A DNA stretch of 64,000 nucleotides, from assembly GCA_951406725.2 (NCBI GenBank), contig OX597815.1:126976001-127040000 (forward strand), given 5' to 3'. The stretch comes from Octopus vulgaris (Eukaryota). The notes beneath the pieces were generated by a model. The model saw nothing but the letters and a program-made list of their open reading frames with translations. It was not told the origin of the DNA and did no database searches. The position numbers were made by a program, and so were the translations under genes. Positions 25,800 to 38,573 of the stretch are shown here, piece by piece. Every line of letters starts with the position of its first letter. Position 1 is the first letter of the stretch.

Positions 25800-26490
25800 C
25801 ACCATCATCATCATCATAATTATCATTCAACGTTCATTTTCCATGCTGGCATGGGTTGGACAGTTAGACTGAAAACTGGTAGGTTGGGGGCTTGGACCAA
25901 GTTCCAATCTGATTTGGCATGATTTCTACTGCTGTATGCCCTTCCTAGCACCAACCACTCCAAGAGTGTAGTGGGTGCTTTTTACATGTCACCGGCATGG
26001 GTGCCAGTTATGAAACACCAGCACTTGCCATGACTACGATCTCACTTGATTTGACAGATCTTCTCAAGCATCGTATATCACCAAAGATCTCGGTTACTTG
26101 TCACTGCCTCTGTGAGGCCCAACATTCCAACAGTACTTTTTACGTGCCACCAGCACAGGTGCCAGTTATGCAACACTGGCATTAGACATGAATATGATTT
26201 CGCTTGGCTTGACAGGTCTTCTCAAGCATGGCATATCATCCAATGTTTGAGGATGCTCTTTACATGCCAGTTACATGACACTGCCATCAGCCATGACTAT
26301 GATTTCACTTGGCTTGACAAGTCTTCTTCTGCATAGTATATTGCCAAAGGCCTCAGTCACTTGACATTGCCCCCATGAGGCCTAACGTTTGAAGGTCACG
26401 CTTGACCACCTCGTCCCATGTCTTCCTGGGTCTACCTCTTCCACAGGTTTCCTACACTGTTAGAGTTCAGCACATCTTCACACAGCTATA
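25800..26490 (-). mobile_element. RTE 3' end and UTR
   Basis: TCGRGRPRKTWDEVVK coding tail plus the shared 3' module and (CAT)n. Confidence 0.82.
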
Positions 26491-26912
26491 TATTCTTTTA
26501 TTCTTTTATTCTTTTACTTGTTTCAGTAATTTGACTGCGGCCATGCTGGAGCACCACTTTTTTCACTTGAACAAATCGACCCCAGGACTTATTCTTTGTA
26601 AGTTTAGTATTTATTCTATCAGTCTCTTTTTGCTGAACCGCTATGTTACAGGGATGAAAACACCAGCAGTGCATGTCAAGCGATGTTTGGGGGTGGGGGT
26701 GGACAAATACAGACACACAAACACACATGCGCACACACACACACATACATATATACGGCAGGCATCTTTCAGTTTCTGTCTACCAAATCCACTCACAAAG
26801 CTTTGGTTGGCCTGAGGCTATAGTAGAAGGCACTTGCTCAAGGTGTCACACAGTAGGACTGAACCCGGAACCATGTGGTTGGTAAGCAAGCTACTTACCA
26901 CACAGCCACTCC

Positions 26913-26917
<5 letters not shown>
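26490..26917 (-). mobile_element. tRNA-derived SINE (family B)
   Basis: Head gcaggagtggctgtgtggtaag (box A) and ccgggttcagtcc (box B), internal (TG)n, tail ctccagcatggccgcagtcaa...gaaacaagtaaaa. Confidence 0.88.
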
Positions 26918-26950
<33 letters not shown>

Positions 26951-26952
<2 letters not shown>

Positions 26953-27270
26953 AGTGGGTGAACAAACAAAAGAGGGGTACTCAACCAATTTATTGGGATT
27001 TACATGTATGGATCAAAACAATTTGATTCAAATTTGTTGGTACTCTTGAGTTTCATGCGTGGTTGGTGTTAGAAAGAGCATCCAGCAGTAGAAACCATGC
27101 CAAATCCCCAACCAACTAGTTTTCAGTCAAACTGTCCAACCCATGCCAGCATGGAGAATAGGCATTCAATGATGATAATGGTAATGCTAATGATACTGGC
27201 TGATGACTAGCATCATGCTTGAAACTCAAGAGTAACAACAAATTTGATTCAAACTGTTTTGATCCATATA
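26951..27270. repeat. Fold-back (arms 27007-27058 / 27217-27268) with an RTE-tail fragment in the spacer, next to (TA)n
   Basis: tatggatcaaaacaatttgattcaaatttgttggtactcttgagtttca pairs with tgaaactcaagagtaacaacaaatttgattcaaactgttttgatccata. Confidence 0.88.
27196..27239 (+). ncRNA. Type I hammerhead ribozyme motif
   Basis: ctgg-CTGATGA-ct-agca(tca)tgct-t-GAA-ACTC(AA)GAGT-A^acaac. The inverted copy has ^ccaac, which restores stem I pairing with tgg. Confidence 0.7.
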
Positions 27271-27505
27271 TCATCATCATTTAATGTCCATTTTTCATAC
27301 TTGCATGGGTTAGGTGGTTTGACTGAGGCCTGGAAAGCCAGTGGCTGCACTATGTTCCAATTTGGTCAGGTAATGTCTCTACAGCTGGATGCCCTTCCTA
27401 ACACCAACCACTCTAAGAGTGTAGTGAGTGAGTTTTATGTGCCGCTGAAACAGGAGCCAGTCAGGCAGGCCTAACAAAATATATATATATAAAATATATA
27501 TATAT

Positions 27506-27586
<81 letters not shown>

Positions 27587-27607
27587 ATATGTAAATATAT
27601 ATTATGC

Positions 27608-27648
<41 letters not shown>

Positions 27649-27654
27649 CATACA

Positions 27655-27861
27655 CCAGAGTAAGTATATAAATGCAAAACAAGGTGGAAAATATAGTACT
27701 CGAATACCAGAGGTAGAATAATATGCTTTATTAAAAAGCAGCAAAAATATCACAAAAACTGTTACTCAGAGTTTCACATTCCCTTTCGTCCAACAAACAA
27801 GGATGTGAAACTCTGAGTAACAGTTTTTGTGATATTTTTGCTGTTTTTTAATAAAGTATAT
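27655..27861. repeat. Fold-back (27721-27782 / 27801-27861) in (TA)n, with hammerhead half-motifs
   Basis: The arms are reverse complements. Both contain GAA-ACTC(T)GAGT-A^acag. The minus strand of the left arm keeps a partial core, gacga-aagggaatgt-gaaac. Confidence 0.88.
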
Positions 27862-27871
27862 ATATATATAT

Positions 27872-27872
<1 letters not shown>

Positions 27873-27910
<38 letters not shown>

Positions 27911-28140
27911 GTTTAGCGTCTGCTTTCCATGCTGGCATGGGTTGGACGGTGCAACTGGGGTCTGGGAAGCCAGAAGGCTGCACCAGGCCCAGTCTGATCT
28001 GGTAATGTTTCTATGGTTGGATGCCCTTCCTAATGCCAGCTAGCTGTAGTGGGTGCTTTTTACGTGCCACCGGCACAGGTGCCAGACGAGGCTGGCAAAC
28101 GGCCACGATCGGATGGTGCTTTTTACGAGCCACCGGCAAT
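27873..28140 (-). mobile_element. RTE-tail/SINE module
   Basis: (CAT)n tail and the shared module. Confidence 0.82.
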
Positions 28141-28225
28141 CCAAAAAGAACAAACCAAAAGCAACAACGTGAGGACATAGTACATGTAATGTATTAGCAG
28201 ACGCTCAGGAAAGGAAAGAAAGATG

Positions 28226-28261
28226 GTTTAACATTTTGAGCATCTGCTCTTCTTCAGAAAC
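28226..28261 (-). ncRNA. CpG-decayed minimal hammerhead motif in a Penelope pLTR-like fragment (28141-28328)
   Basis: Minus strand: gttt-CTGAAGA-a-gagc(agat)gctc-AAA-ATGT-T^aaac. Restoring two CpGs gives GAAACGTT. Confidence 0.6.
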
Positions 28262-28373
28262 AGAGGAAAGTCCAATTGAAGGGAAGATGGAGGAAGAAAA
28301 TTGCCAACAATTCACATGCAGTTACATAAGTGTGTGTGTCTGTGTGTATGTATATGTATGTCTATGTATATAT

Positions 28374-28430
<57 letters not shown>

Positions 28431-28748
28431 GTGAGCTCTGTTCAGTTTCCATCAACCAAATCCACTTACTAGGCTTTGGTTGAACTCGGAATATAGTAGA
28501 AGATACTTGTCTGAAATGCTGTACAGTAGGTCTAAACCCAAAGCAACTTGGTTGGGAAGGAATCTTCTTAACCACATGACCACACCAACATATTTGAAAT
28601 ACTTTTTCCATCTGTATATCAAACAATTTCGGATGGTAAAGTATGCAAGTCTGTAAATACTCACTTTACTTGGATGATAGCAATTACCATTCCTATTTTA
28701 CAGGTGAATAGCTTTCAAATTTGTCTCTAACAATATGACTGAGATCAA

Positions 28749-28840
<92 letters not shown>

Positions 28841-29899
28841 CATTCCATCCTTGATATTTTAGAAAACAGACATAAAATTCTAAAACTAAATTTTTAAATA
28901 TGTTAGTTTGATATTTATATTAATAAAATATCCATTAAGTTCAAGTTCAGAAACTATATTTTCCGAGCCATTACACAGGCAAAGATGTATGAGATGATCA
29001 TGTAGAATTAATCTAGCAATATGGTTCTCAGAAAGATGATAAAGTAAACTATTTTAAGTGGAAAAATCAATGCGTGACATTCTAAGAAGGTTTCTGCTTT
29101 TATTTTTATTTTTATTCTATTTTATTTCATTTTTTTTAAAAATTCTGTTGTGAACATTATTGTATTGAGGTTGTCAGAGATTTCTAAAATATTAAACTCA
29201 AAGCTTTAGTCTATGCTTTATGTGCACTCAGGGATCTTTTCTTTTATCTTTTACTTGTTTCAGTCACTGGACTGCAGCCATGCTGGAGCACTGCTTTGTT
29301 GGATTTAGTCAAGCAAATCAACCCAAGTGCTTTTTGTTTTTATAAGCTTGGTACTTCTTCTATTGGTCTTTTTTGATGAACCAGTAAGAATCAGAGACAT
29401 AAATACCCCAACACCAGTTATCAAGTGGTGTAGGGGGACAAACACAGACATAAACACACATACACACATACACACACGTGTCAGGCTACTTTTAGTTTCT
29501 GTCTCTCAAATCCACTCACTTTGGTTGGACCAGGGCTATAATAATACAGTGGGACGGAACCTGAAACCATGTGCTTAAAAAGCAAACTTCTTATCACACA
29601 GCTATGGCTGTGCCTGGTAAAAAAATATCATAATGCCATGTATAAAGAAGTTCATTTGTTTAACATCCACTTTTTCCATGCTAGCATGGGTTAGATGGGC
29701 CTTTTACAATTGGATGCCCTTCTTGTTACCAACATCCCCTGTTTTTCAAGTTATGCTTTTTTTTTATATATATTGTACTGGTCTTCATAGAAAAAAACAC
29801 AGTTCTTAGTCAAGAACTATTTGGTTAAAGATGTGGAGTTAGATGCAACACTTGTTGGTCCTTTGTGTATCTGAAGGTGACCACATTATCAGGTTTATA

Positions 29900-30420
29900 C
29901 TTTACAGGTCCTGAAATGGCTTATTAGGCTAATTATAGCAAGAAATCTGGAGTAACAATTAGAGTACTTAATAACAGAGCACAAACCCCACATGATTTCT
30001 GTTTTCTCTGCAGCCCTTCTATCTTTTGTTTCTCTGGTCGTATCGGATTCAGAGTACTGTACTCCAGAATACATATCACTATGCCACAGTGAGTGATCCT
30101 GAGCAAGATGGTCGCAAATAGACTGTGTAAAGTGCTCTATGCTACAACTTTCCAAGATTGTCTTCAGTGTGTCCTATCTCTTCTTTGGTCTACCATGGAC
30201 GTGAGAGTCAACTGTTAGTTTACCACAGATCTGTTTAGAAAGTCTGGATTTATGCATGCTTGCTATATGTTCACTCCACTGCAGCTGGAATTTACTCAGG
30301 AAAGCATACATGTCTGACATATTAATTCTCTCAAGCACAGTTGTATCAGGAGTTTTATCCTGCTATCAGATGTTAAGAATATTTTGCAGACATATCAGTT
30401 GAAAGTGGTTAAGTTTTTCA
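29900..30420 (-). mobile_element. Old RTE/BovB-like LINE C-terminal remnant
   Basis: LNHFQLICLQNILNI..QDKTPDTTVLER...LQWSEHIASM...GRPKKR.DTLK. Confidence 0.75.
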
Positions 30421-31969
30421 GCATTGAAAAACAGTTTAACAAAAAATTTCACTGCCTCGCCTAAAAGCCATAACTGATTCTGAAACTACCAACAAAAGGA
30501 CACAATTTTCTCAACCTTGTAAGCTGCTATGCATGCAATAATGACCAATGACCATGCAGCCAAAATGAAATATAAAACTTAGAAGGTATGAATCATTCAC
30601 CTTCATATTCTATTCTTAATTAGGAATCCTAGCTTTCATCCCAGCAACCTGGGTTCAATTCCCCAGCATAAGAACATCTATATTTGTGAGCACAGGCTGG
30701 CTGTATAGCTAAGAAGCTCTTTGCAACCTCATACTTTTACAGCTCAGTTCTACTGCATGGCACCTTGAGCTGAAAAATGGTAGATAAAAACTGTGTGAAA
30801 CCTCATTTTGTGTGTGTGTGTATGTGTGCATGTGCATAATTGTATATGTAAGTGTTTGTGCGTGTGTGTGTGTGCGTATGCATGTACATGTGTGTAATTG
30901 TGTATGTGAGTGTGTGTGTGCACATGTGCATGCATGTGTGTAATTGTGTATGTAAGTGTGTGTGTGTGTGTGTGTGTATGTGTGTGTGTGTGAGTGTGTG
31001 TGTGAGTGTGTGTGTGTGTGTTTGTGTGTGTCTATCTTTGTGACTATGCTTTTTCCCTCTACCACCACTTGACAACAAGTGCTGGTTTATAACTCAGCAG
31101 CTAGCAAAAGAAACCACCAAATTATGTACTAGACTGAATGATAAGTACTGGAGTTGTTTATTTTTAACTAAACCCTTCAAGGTGGTACCCCAACATGGCC
31201 ACAGTCTAATGACTAAAATAAGTAAAGATAAAAGATATACTAAAACTATAATGATAGTAAATTCCTTTTCCTTTAGCCAGTTGTCGTTGTTGTTAATATT
31301 GTTACCAACATTGCCATATCATTAAAAACAAGTTGAGTTTTGTTTGTGTTATTTTTTCTTGGACTTTCTGGAATATGAAGAAGCCATTGCAAATGAGAAA
31401 TGTCAATCAGCTTAACCAATCAAAATAAATTAAAACAAAACAACAAAATATATAGGAAGCCAACTAGCTACAAATTCTTTATCCTTCTTACATATGTTTA
31501 CTTCAGAATAATTTGTCTGGTAGTAGTTGTGGTCAGACAGTAGATAATACCATTCTATTGAAAACATAACATTCAGAGCATCTCTTAATGTTATAGATAG
31601 TATTTTAAAAAGAAATTGTGGTGATTGTGTCCAACATTTAAGAGACCAAGGTAGCAGGAGTTACATGCCTTGATCATTGAGGTGAACCCTTAATTATTGA
31701 ACTAATTACCTGAAACCCAGTCAACTTACACCACTGCATCTTCTCTTCTTGAAAAACTGACTCAATGACCACCTCAACCTATTGGTTACTTATCAAGCAA
31801 CAAAGGTCCCCTGAATAGGAAGCTAATCTATCACAAGGAGCTTTATGCATAGAAGAAATGAATCCAACACCATAAGTGGTGTTACATATTTAGTGCCAGA
31901 TTGCAACTGTGGTACCTGTTTAGTGCTAGATGGATTCATCCATAGCAAGTTAAGTATCTTGACCACTAA

Positions 31970-33034
31970 TCTATATATATAAAAGAGGCTTTGGGTCAAA
32001 ATTGTGTGCACATTTTGCTACGTCAGAGGTTGACGGCCAAACCAGTGGTCGGATCGAGCTGAAAATTGACACAGGCATAGAAGGTGTAATGAGGCAGAAT
32101 GTTGAGTAGGATAAAACTTGCCATCTGGAAATATGCAGTTGCTATGGTGAGAAGAGTGATTTTTTATCGATTCAAAGGGTCTCTAAGCTCCTCCAGATTG
32201 GCGTGATTGGCATCTAATCTAATTTATAAAATGAAGAAGGCAAACATTGATACAAATTGGATTTTCATGTAAAAAGATGTCTAAATGGGGCTAGGAGGGG
32301 ATTAAAATTTACAGGAGGGGGTAACTTGAAGTGAGAAATTGATTGGGAGACGTTGGGGGGTACTACTGGAGTTGCTTTGCTGTGGAAACGGGGATTTTAT
32401 TGATTTTTGGGGACACTTGTGGGTCTAGATTTCAATCAAATTTTCAACATGGTAATGTGGAAGCAGATTTGTAATTGAAGCACAGAAAATGGGTTCGAAA
32501 TTTTGAAAATTAAGGCAAGATTTTTGAAGTTGAAAAAATTTCTCATTTTTATGTATTTTTGCCTTTTATTTTTTATTGTTTACAGTTTTCATTTTTTCTG
32601 CATGTAGCCCGTGTTTAGAGCTTTCATTTGCATGGTCAATCGTCGAAAAATTCCCCAAATAAGTACTAAATTTAACGAAGAGATCCTTTTTTTCCTTATT
32701 TTTAATCACTCAAATAGTGGCACGTACAAAAAACAAGTGTGCTTTCCGTTGTCACTGCCTGATATTTATGATAGATCTTTCAAAATATGTTCTTTCTCAA
32801 CTTACTCAAGATCTTTGGTTTTTTATAAATGGGAGAGAGATAGATAGAGAAAGATAGAGAGTAAGAGAAAGCAAGGGAGAGTCCGAGAGAAAGGAAGAGT
32901 AAGAGAGTGGGAAAGTGAGAGAGAAAGGAGAGAGAAACAAAGAGGGAGAATGTGGCAATAAGAAACAGAAAGGAAGCAACAGAAAGTAACAACCACACAC
33001 TCACCCGTGCATAGAGCGGGTTACATTAAGCTAG
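31970..33034 (+). mobile_element. Non-autonomous Helitron
   Basis: A^TCTATATATATAAAA start. 3' hairpin cccgtgcatagagcggg, then a spacer and CTAG^T at 33031-33035. Confidence 0.88.
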
Positions 33035-33821
33035 TACAACATATTTTGGTGATGGGACACAAGTTGTTGACTTCTGAGTTGATTAACTTGCTCCTCTAAG
33101 CTCCCTCTCTTCAGGCAAATGATTATACTGGCTTTTGCAAAAGTTCTGTTACATTCGGTTTTGATTTTTCAAGAGGTTAACGTGTGTGATAGACAAAGTG
33201 CTGTCAAACATACTTAGAGTTCTGCTTTTCCAGCATGTGTCATTAAAACATTTTTTTCCATTGTGTGCAGGATTATCAAGATGGAAGTGAAAAGAAGCAA
33301 GATCTCCCTTTCATTACGAGTCTGGCTCTGAGAACAAATGTTTTGTTTTTATAAGCTTTGAATTAAAATCTTCCACCAAACCTTAGTCTCAATTGATGTT
33401 CCTAATACTTATTTTACTAAATTCTTTGTTGCATTTAAAATAATTGAAAGAAACACAGCACATCTCAAAATAAATACCGTAATGAAAGAGTTAAACTCAT
33501 ATTTATATGTTAAAACAATAAAACATGTCTAACTGCATCAAAACTATCATTGTGTCCTTTGTTGAGAGCATCATAATGAGTGTAACAGGACCTTGACAAA
33601 GCCTGGTTGATATGAATGCTACCATTTCCCAATTTCCCTATTAATTTCCCTCAAATTTGAAACTACAACTCATGAGTTGCAAATCCTCTTTGGTAAATGT
33701 CATCAACACATTAATCTTCTTCTTTGTTTGTTTTTTTTTTGTTTTTGAACCTTAGAACTCATAAGGCCAGTTACCAGATTTCAGAAATCACATCAGTCTG
33801 TTGCAGAGTTCAAAGTCACCA

Positions 33822-34030
33822 ATGGCAAGCTGGCAGAAACGTTAGCACACTGGGCGAATTGCTTAGCAGTATTTTGTATGTCTTTACATTCTGAGTTCAA
33901 ATTCTGCCATGGTCTACTTTACCTTTCATCCTTTCGGGGTCAATAAATTAAGTACCAGTTGCATACTGGGTCAATCTAATCGAATGATATCCCACAAAAG
34001 ATTTCGGGCTTTGTGCCTAGAGTAGAAAAG
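33822..34030 (+). mobile_element. tRNA-derived SINE (family C)
   Basis: ggcaagctggcagaaacgttagc head, box B gagttcaaattc, central cctttcatcctttcggggtcaataaattaagtaccag. Other copies at ~42325, ~50955 and ~59040 (+) and ~34050-34210 and ~42850-42970 (-). Confidence 0.8.
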
Positions 34031-34744
34031 AATATTGAGGGGAGAGCAACAAGTCAATTACATCAACCCCAATACTTGACTCCTGCATTAATTTATCAAC
34101 CTCTAAAGCATGAAAAGTAATGCTAACCTTTGCAGGATTTGAACTCAGAACATAGAATCAGAAGAAATGCAACTGAGCATTTCAATCAATGTATTAACAA
34201 TTCTGCCAGTATTAGAAATTATTTTCATTATTCAGTCTTCACTATGTATTAAATTTAATCTCAACAGCTTCCCCTAAAATAAAGAAATTTATCAAATAGA
34301 AAGACAGTGTACTTTTAAAGATATGTGTATGTAGTAGTGGTGGTGGTGGTGGTGGTGATGGTGGTGGTAGTGGTGGAAGGGACTGTGTGCATCTGTATGT
34401 GCTTCTAGGTATGTTTTAATGTTTGTTCAACTCTTTGTATAAGAAAACCAATATTCTTAGTTAGGCCTCTGTAATTAATAAAATAACATTTTCACAGCTC
34501 ATTCTACTATGTTTTAATTATTTAAAAATTATTTCAAGTTTAAATCATAGTCGATCATCGAATGAATCAATTAAGGTTATCTCAAATGAATGTTTTAAGA
34601 TATATATATATTAAGATATATATTTTTGTTTAAATTTTCATTGTTTGTCTTTTCCATCCTGCAATTTAATAGAAAATTTCTCAAGGTCCTTTGAAACAAT
34701 TTAATTACTACTACTGATGAACCAAATATCATTTTATTTACGTA

Positions 34745-35990
34745 AGTGCATGAGTTCGTCAGCCCGCTCTTATTCATTATAACCATCCAGGTCATAACAG
34801 AGGAATACAAAACTGGGTGCCTGTGGGAACTGTTATATGCTGATGACCTTGCTCTTTTTGCAGAATCTTTAGTAGAATTGGAGAAGAAATTTCAGATATG
34901 GAAACAAAACCTGAGATTAAAGGGCTTTACAATTAACCTATTGAAGACCAAAGTTGTTAGTAAGAAAGAAGATAAAACTCTCTTTCTGTCAATGTGCAAG
35001 AAAGGAATTGGAAGAAATTCCATTTGCTGTACCCATTGTAAACTATGGACACATAAGAGGTGTGGTGGAATGACTGGCAGATTAACAAATAAAGTCATTT
35101 TCATATGTGACAGATGTACAAGAACAATAAGCTCTATGAGCACTCATGACTTAGATTGTCTCAAATGCCCAGGAGGCTCTCTTAAACAAAAATATAGAAA
35201 ATTAGCACTACTACCACCACCACCACCACTACTACATAGATATATCTCTAAAAGTACACTGTCTTTCTGTTTGATAAATTTCTTTATTTTAGAGAATGTT
35301 GTTGAGATTAAATTTAATGCTTAATGATGAATAATGAAAATAAATTTCTTATATTGTATAGAAGGCAGTGATCTGGCAGAATTGTTAATACATTGAATAA
35401 AATGCTCAGTTGCATTTCTTGAGGTTGTAGATAGTTTTTGTTACCTAGGTGACCAAATTAGCAATGGTGGAGGATGTGCAGAAAGTATTTGTTTCTAGAA
35501 TAAGAATAAAGTGGAGGAACTGCAGAGAGCTATTAACTCTGTTAGCAGCAAAAGGACACTCTCTCAAAGTGAAAGGCAGACTTTATGATGCTTGTGTGCA
35601 AATGGCTATACTCCATAGTAGTGAGACATAGACTCTGAATGCAGAAGACATGTGTAGACTGGAGAGAAATGAAGGTAGTATGCTCTATTGGATGTGCAAC
35701 ATCAGTGCACATGTGTGGCAAAGTGCAAATATATTGAGAGAAATGTTGGGCATAAGAGGAATCAAATATAGCATGCAAGAGAGAAGACTGTATTGGTTTG
35801 GATGTGTGATGCATATGAATGAAGACAGTCGTATAAAGAAGTGCCAATCACCGATTGGAAGAGGGAAACCCAGGAAGATGTGGGATGAAATGGTAAGGAC
35901 TGATCTCAGGAAGTTGAACCTCAGAAATGAAATGATGATATGAAGTTTTTGAGAAGATCTACCCACATCAATGAAACTGAGTTCTAGAAG
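34745..35990 (+). pseudogene. RTE LINE remnant interrupted by a locally copied insert
   Basis: SPLLFIITIQVITEEYKTGCLWELLYADDLAL...CTHCKLWTHKRC...CPGGSL|insert|EVVDSFCYLG...GRLYDACV...RRLYWFG...GRGKPRKMWDE. Confidence 0.92.
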
Positions 35991-36726
35991 CAATGTGTGT
36001 CTTACCTGCTCTTAACAAGGAAATCTTTCAAACACCCTGCCACAACAAACCAAACTACATTTCTACACCTCTTCTCTTCCTTGCATTTCCCACTCTCCAA
36101 TCCTGTCCTCTTGGCCCTGTCACACTGTATCATTGCTATCCACTAGCTCCTGACTTGTGTGTTCCACCCACATACCCTGGCTCATTGTATCATTGCTATC
36201 TGCTAGCTCCAATCTGTGTGTTCCACCCACAAGTAACAAGAAAACTTTTCACACACCCTACCCCAACAAACCAATCTACATCTCTTCTCTTCCTCACATT
36301 TCCTCCTTCATACACTATGCCTAGCTCTCACTCCCTAATCCTGTGTTCACAGCACTGTTCCTCTGTATCATTGCTATCCAGTAGCCCCCCCACACACACA
36401 CACACACTCACATTATATATACTCTGGTTTTTGCTACTCACTTCCCAAACCCCTCCACAATCTCTAATCACACTTCTTTTGCAATATCCTGCCACTTATA
36501 TTATGATGTCCAAATCTCAAGGATTCTTTTACTCAACCATCCCATTTATATTTTGATCCCTGTCCCTTGTGAGTCTTCCTGGTACTTTACCACCATCTCA
36601 ACCCTACTTTCTCCCATTCTCTCTCTCTCTCTCTCTCTCTCACTCACTCCTTCTCTTGTACTTCCCTCAGGTTGGGTAACCATGTATTTCCTTTGCAGCA
36701 GCACACTTGTTTCTGTCTTCATTCCT

Positions 36727-36769
<43 letters not shown>

Positions 36770-36974
36770 CTCTCTCTCTCCCTCTCTCTCTCCCTCTTTC
36801 CCTCTTTCCCTCTCTCCCTCTCTCTCTCTCACACTCTCTCTCTCTTTCCCTCTCCCCCTCTCCCCCCCGGCTGGATGACCTTGTACCTCCTCTATAGCAA
36901 GACACCTGAGACATCCATATCCATTAACAGTTATTTCTAACACTTTTGCTTTTCTTTACACAGAATGAGAAGCT

Positions 36975-37450
36975 GGCATTGGATGGCTTGACTGAGGACT
37001 GGCAAACCAGGAGGCTGCACCAAACTCCAATCTAATCTGGCAAGGTTTCTACAGCTGGATGCCAACCACTCTGGGAGTGTAGTGGGTGCTTTTTACATGC
37101 CACCAGCACGGGAAGCCAGGTGATACTAGCATCAACAATGCTCAAATGGTGCTTTTTACATGCCACTGACGCGGGAACCAGTTAGGCAGCATTGGCATCA
37201 ACCACATTCGAATGATGCATTTACGTATCACCAACATGGGTGCCAGTCATGCACTGGCATCAGCCACAACTATGGTTTCACTTGGCTCAACAGGTCTTAT
37301 CAAGCACAACATATTGTCCGACAATTGAAGGGTACATTTAAACAGGTTGGTTATACTACACTGGTATCGGCCATGACTACGATTTCAATTGACTTGCCAG
37401 GTCTTCTCAGTCACAGGTCTTGGTTGCTTGTCATTGCCTCTGTGAGGTTC
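36975..37450 (-). mobile_element. RTE 3' UTR module
   Basis: Shared gtttctacagctggatgcc...gagtgtagtgggtgc module and its subrepeats. Confidence 0.7.
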
Positions 37451-37551
37451 AACCTTATAATTATATAATTATTCCCTCATTATATATGAATGTTCTTATA
37501 ATATGCATTGTAGCACGAACCAGTTATTAAATGTTTGGAACAACTGTAAAG

Positions 37552-37591
<40 letters not shown>

Positions 37592-38573
37592 GTATGTATG
37601 TATGTATGTATGTATGTATGTATGTATGTATGTATGTATGTATGTATGCATGTATGTATGTGTATGTGTCTATGTATGTATGTATGTATTTATGCATGCA
37701 TGCATGCATGTATGTATGTATGTATTTATGTATGTATGTATGTATGTATGTATGTATGTATGTATGTATGTATGTATGTATGTATGTATGTATGTATGTA
37801 TGTATGTATGTATGTATTGCTTTGTTGGGATAAAAATATAGAAATATGAATCATGAAATCTGAATACTAAAATGCATCCAGGCCAATAATTTACCATTTC
37901 TATCAACTCATACTTCTTCACAATCCTATAAGGCAGTTTTATGCATTTTGTTAACTTGCTCAAAATTGCTTTGAAATCTCCCTCAATACATGCTTATCTC
38001 ATATGCATTTTAAAAACTTCTGGGCTTAACTAAACCAAAAATCTCAAAATTGATGGATGGTTACAGCTAGAATGCCTTTGATTATACATTAGCTCAATCA
38101 GAGCTGACCTGGGTCTAAACATCATCATCATTTAATGTCCACCATCTATGCTGATATGGGTGGGATGGTTTGGCAGGAGCCAGTCAGGCAGAAGCTTGCA
38201 CCAGACTTCTGTGATTGTTTTGGCAGGATTTTCACAGCTGAATACCCATCCTAACCCCAGCCACTCAGCTGAGTAGTTTTTATGTGGCACAAGCACAGAT
38301 GAAGTCAGTATTGGCAAAGTTTTTACTGCTGGATGCCCTTCCAAACACCAACCTCTTTACACTGTGGATATTTTTTAAGTTGCACCTGCACTGACAGGGT
38401 CACTAAGTACTTGCAAGACAAAAAGATAAAAGACAATTTTGTGAGGGAAGGGACATTGGAGGAAGTGATCTTGTGTCAGATGAGGAAAGGTTATAGTAAG
38501 ACAGAGAGAGAGAAAAACAGGTGTCTTGCTGTAGAGGAGGTACAAGGGTATCCAGCCAGATAATTGTCACTCT

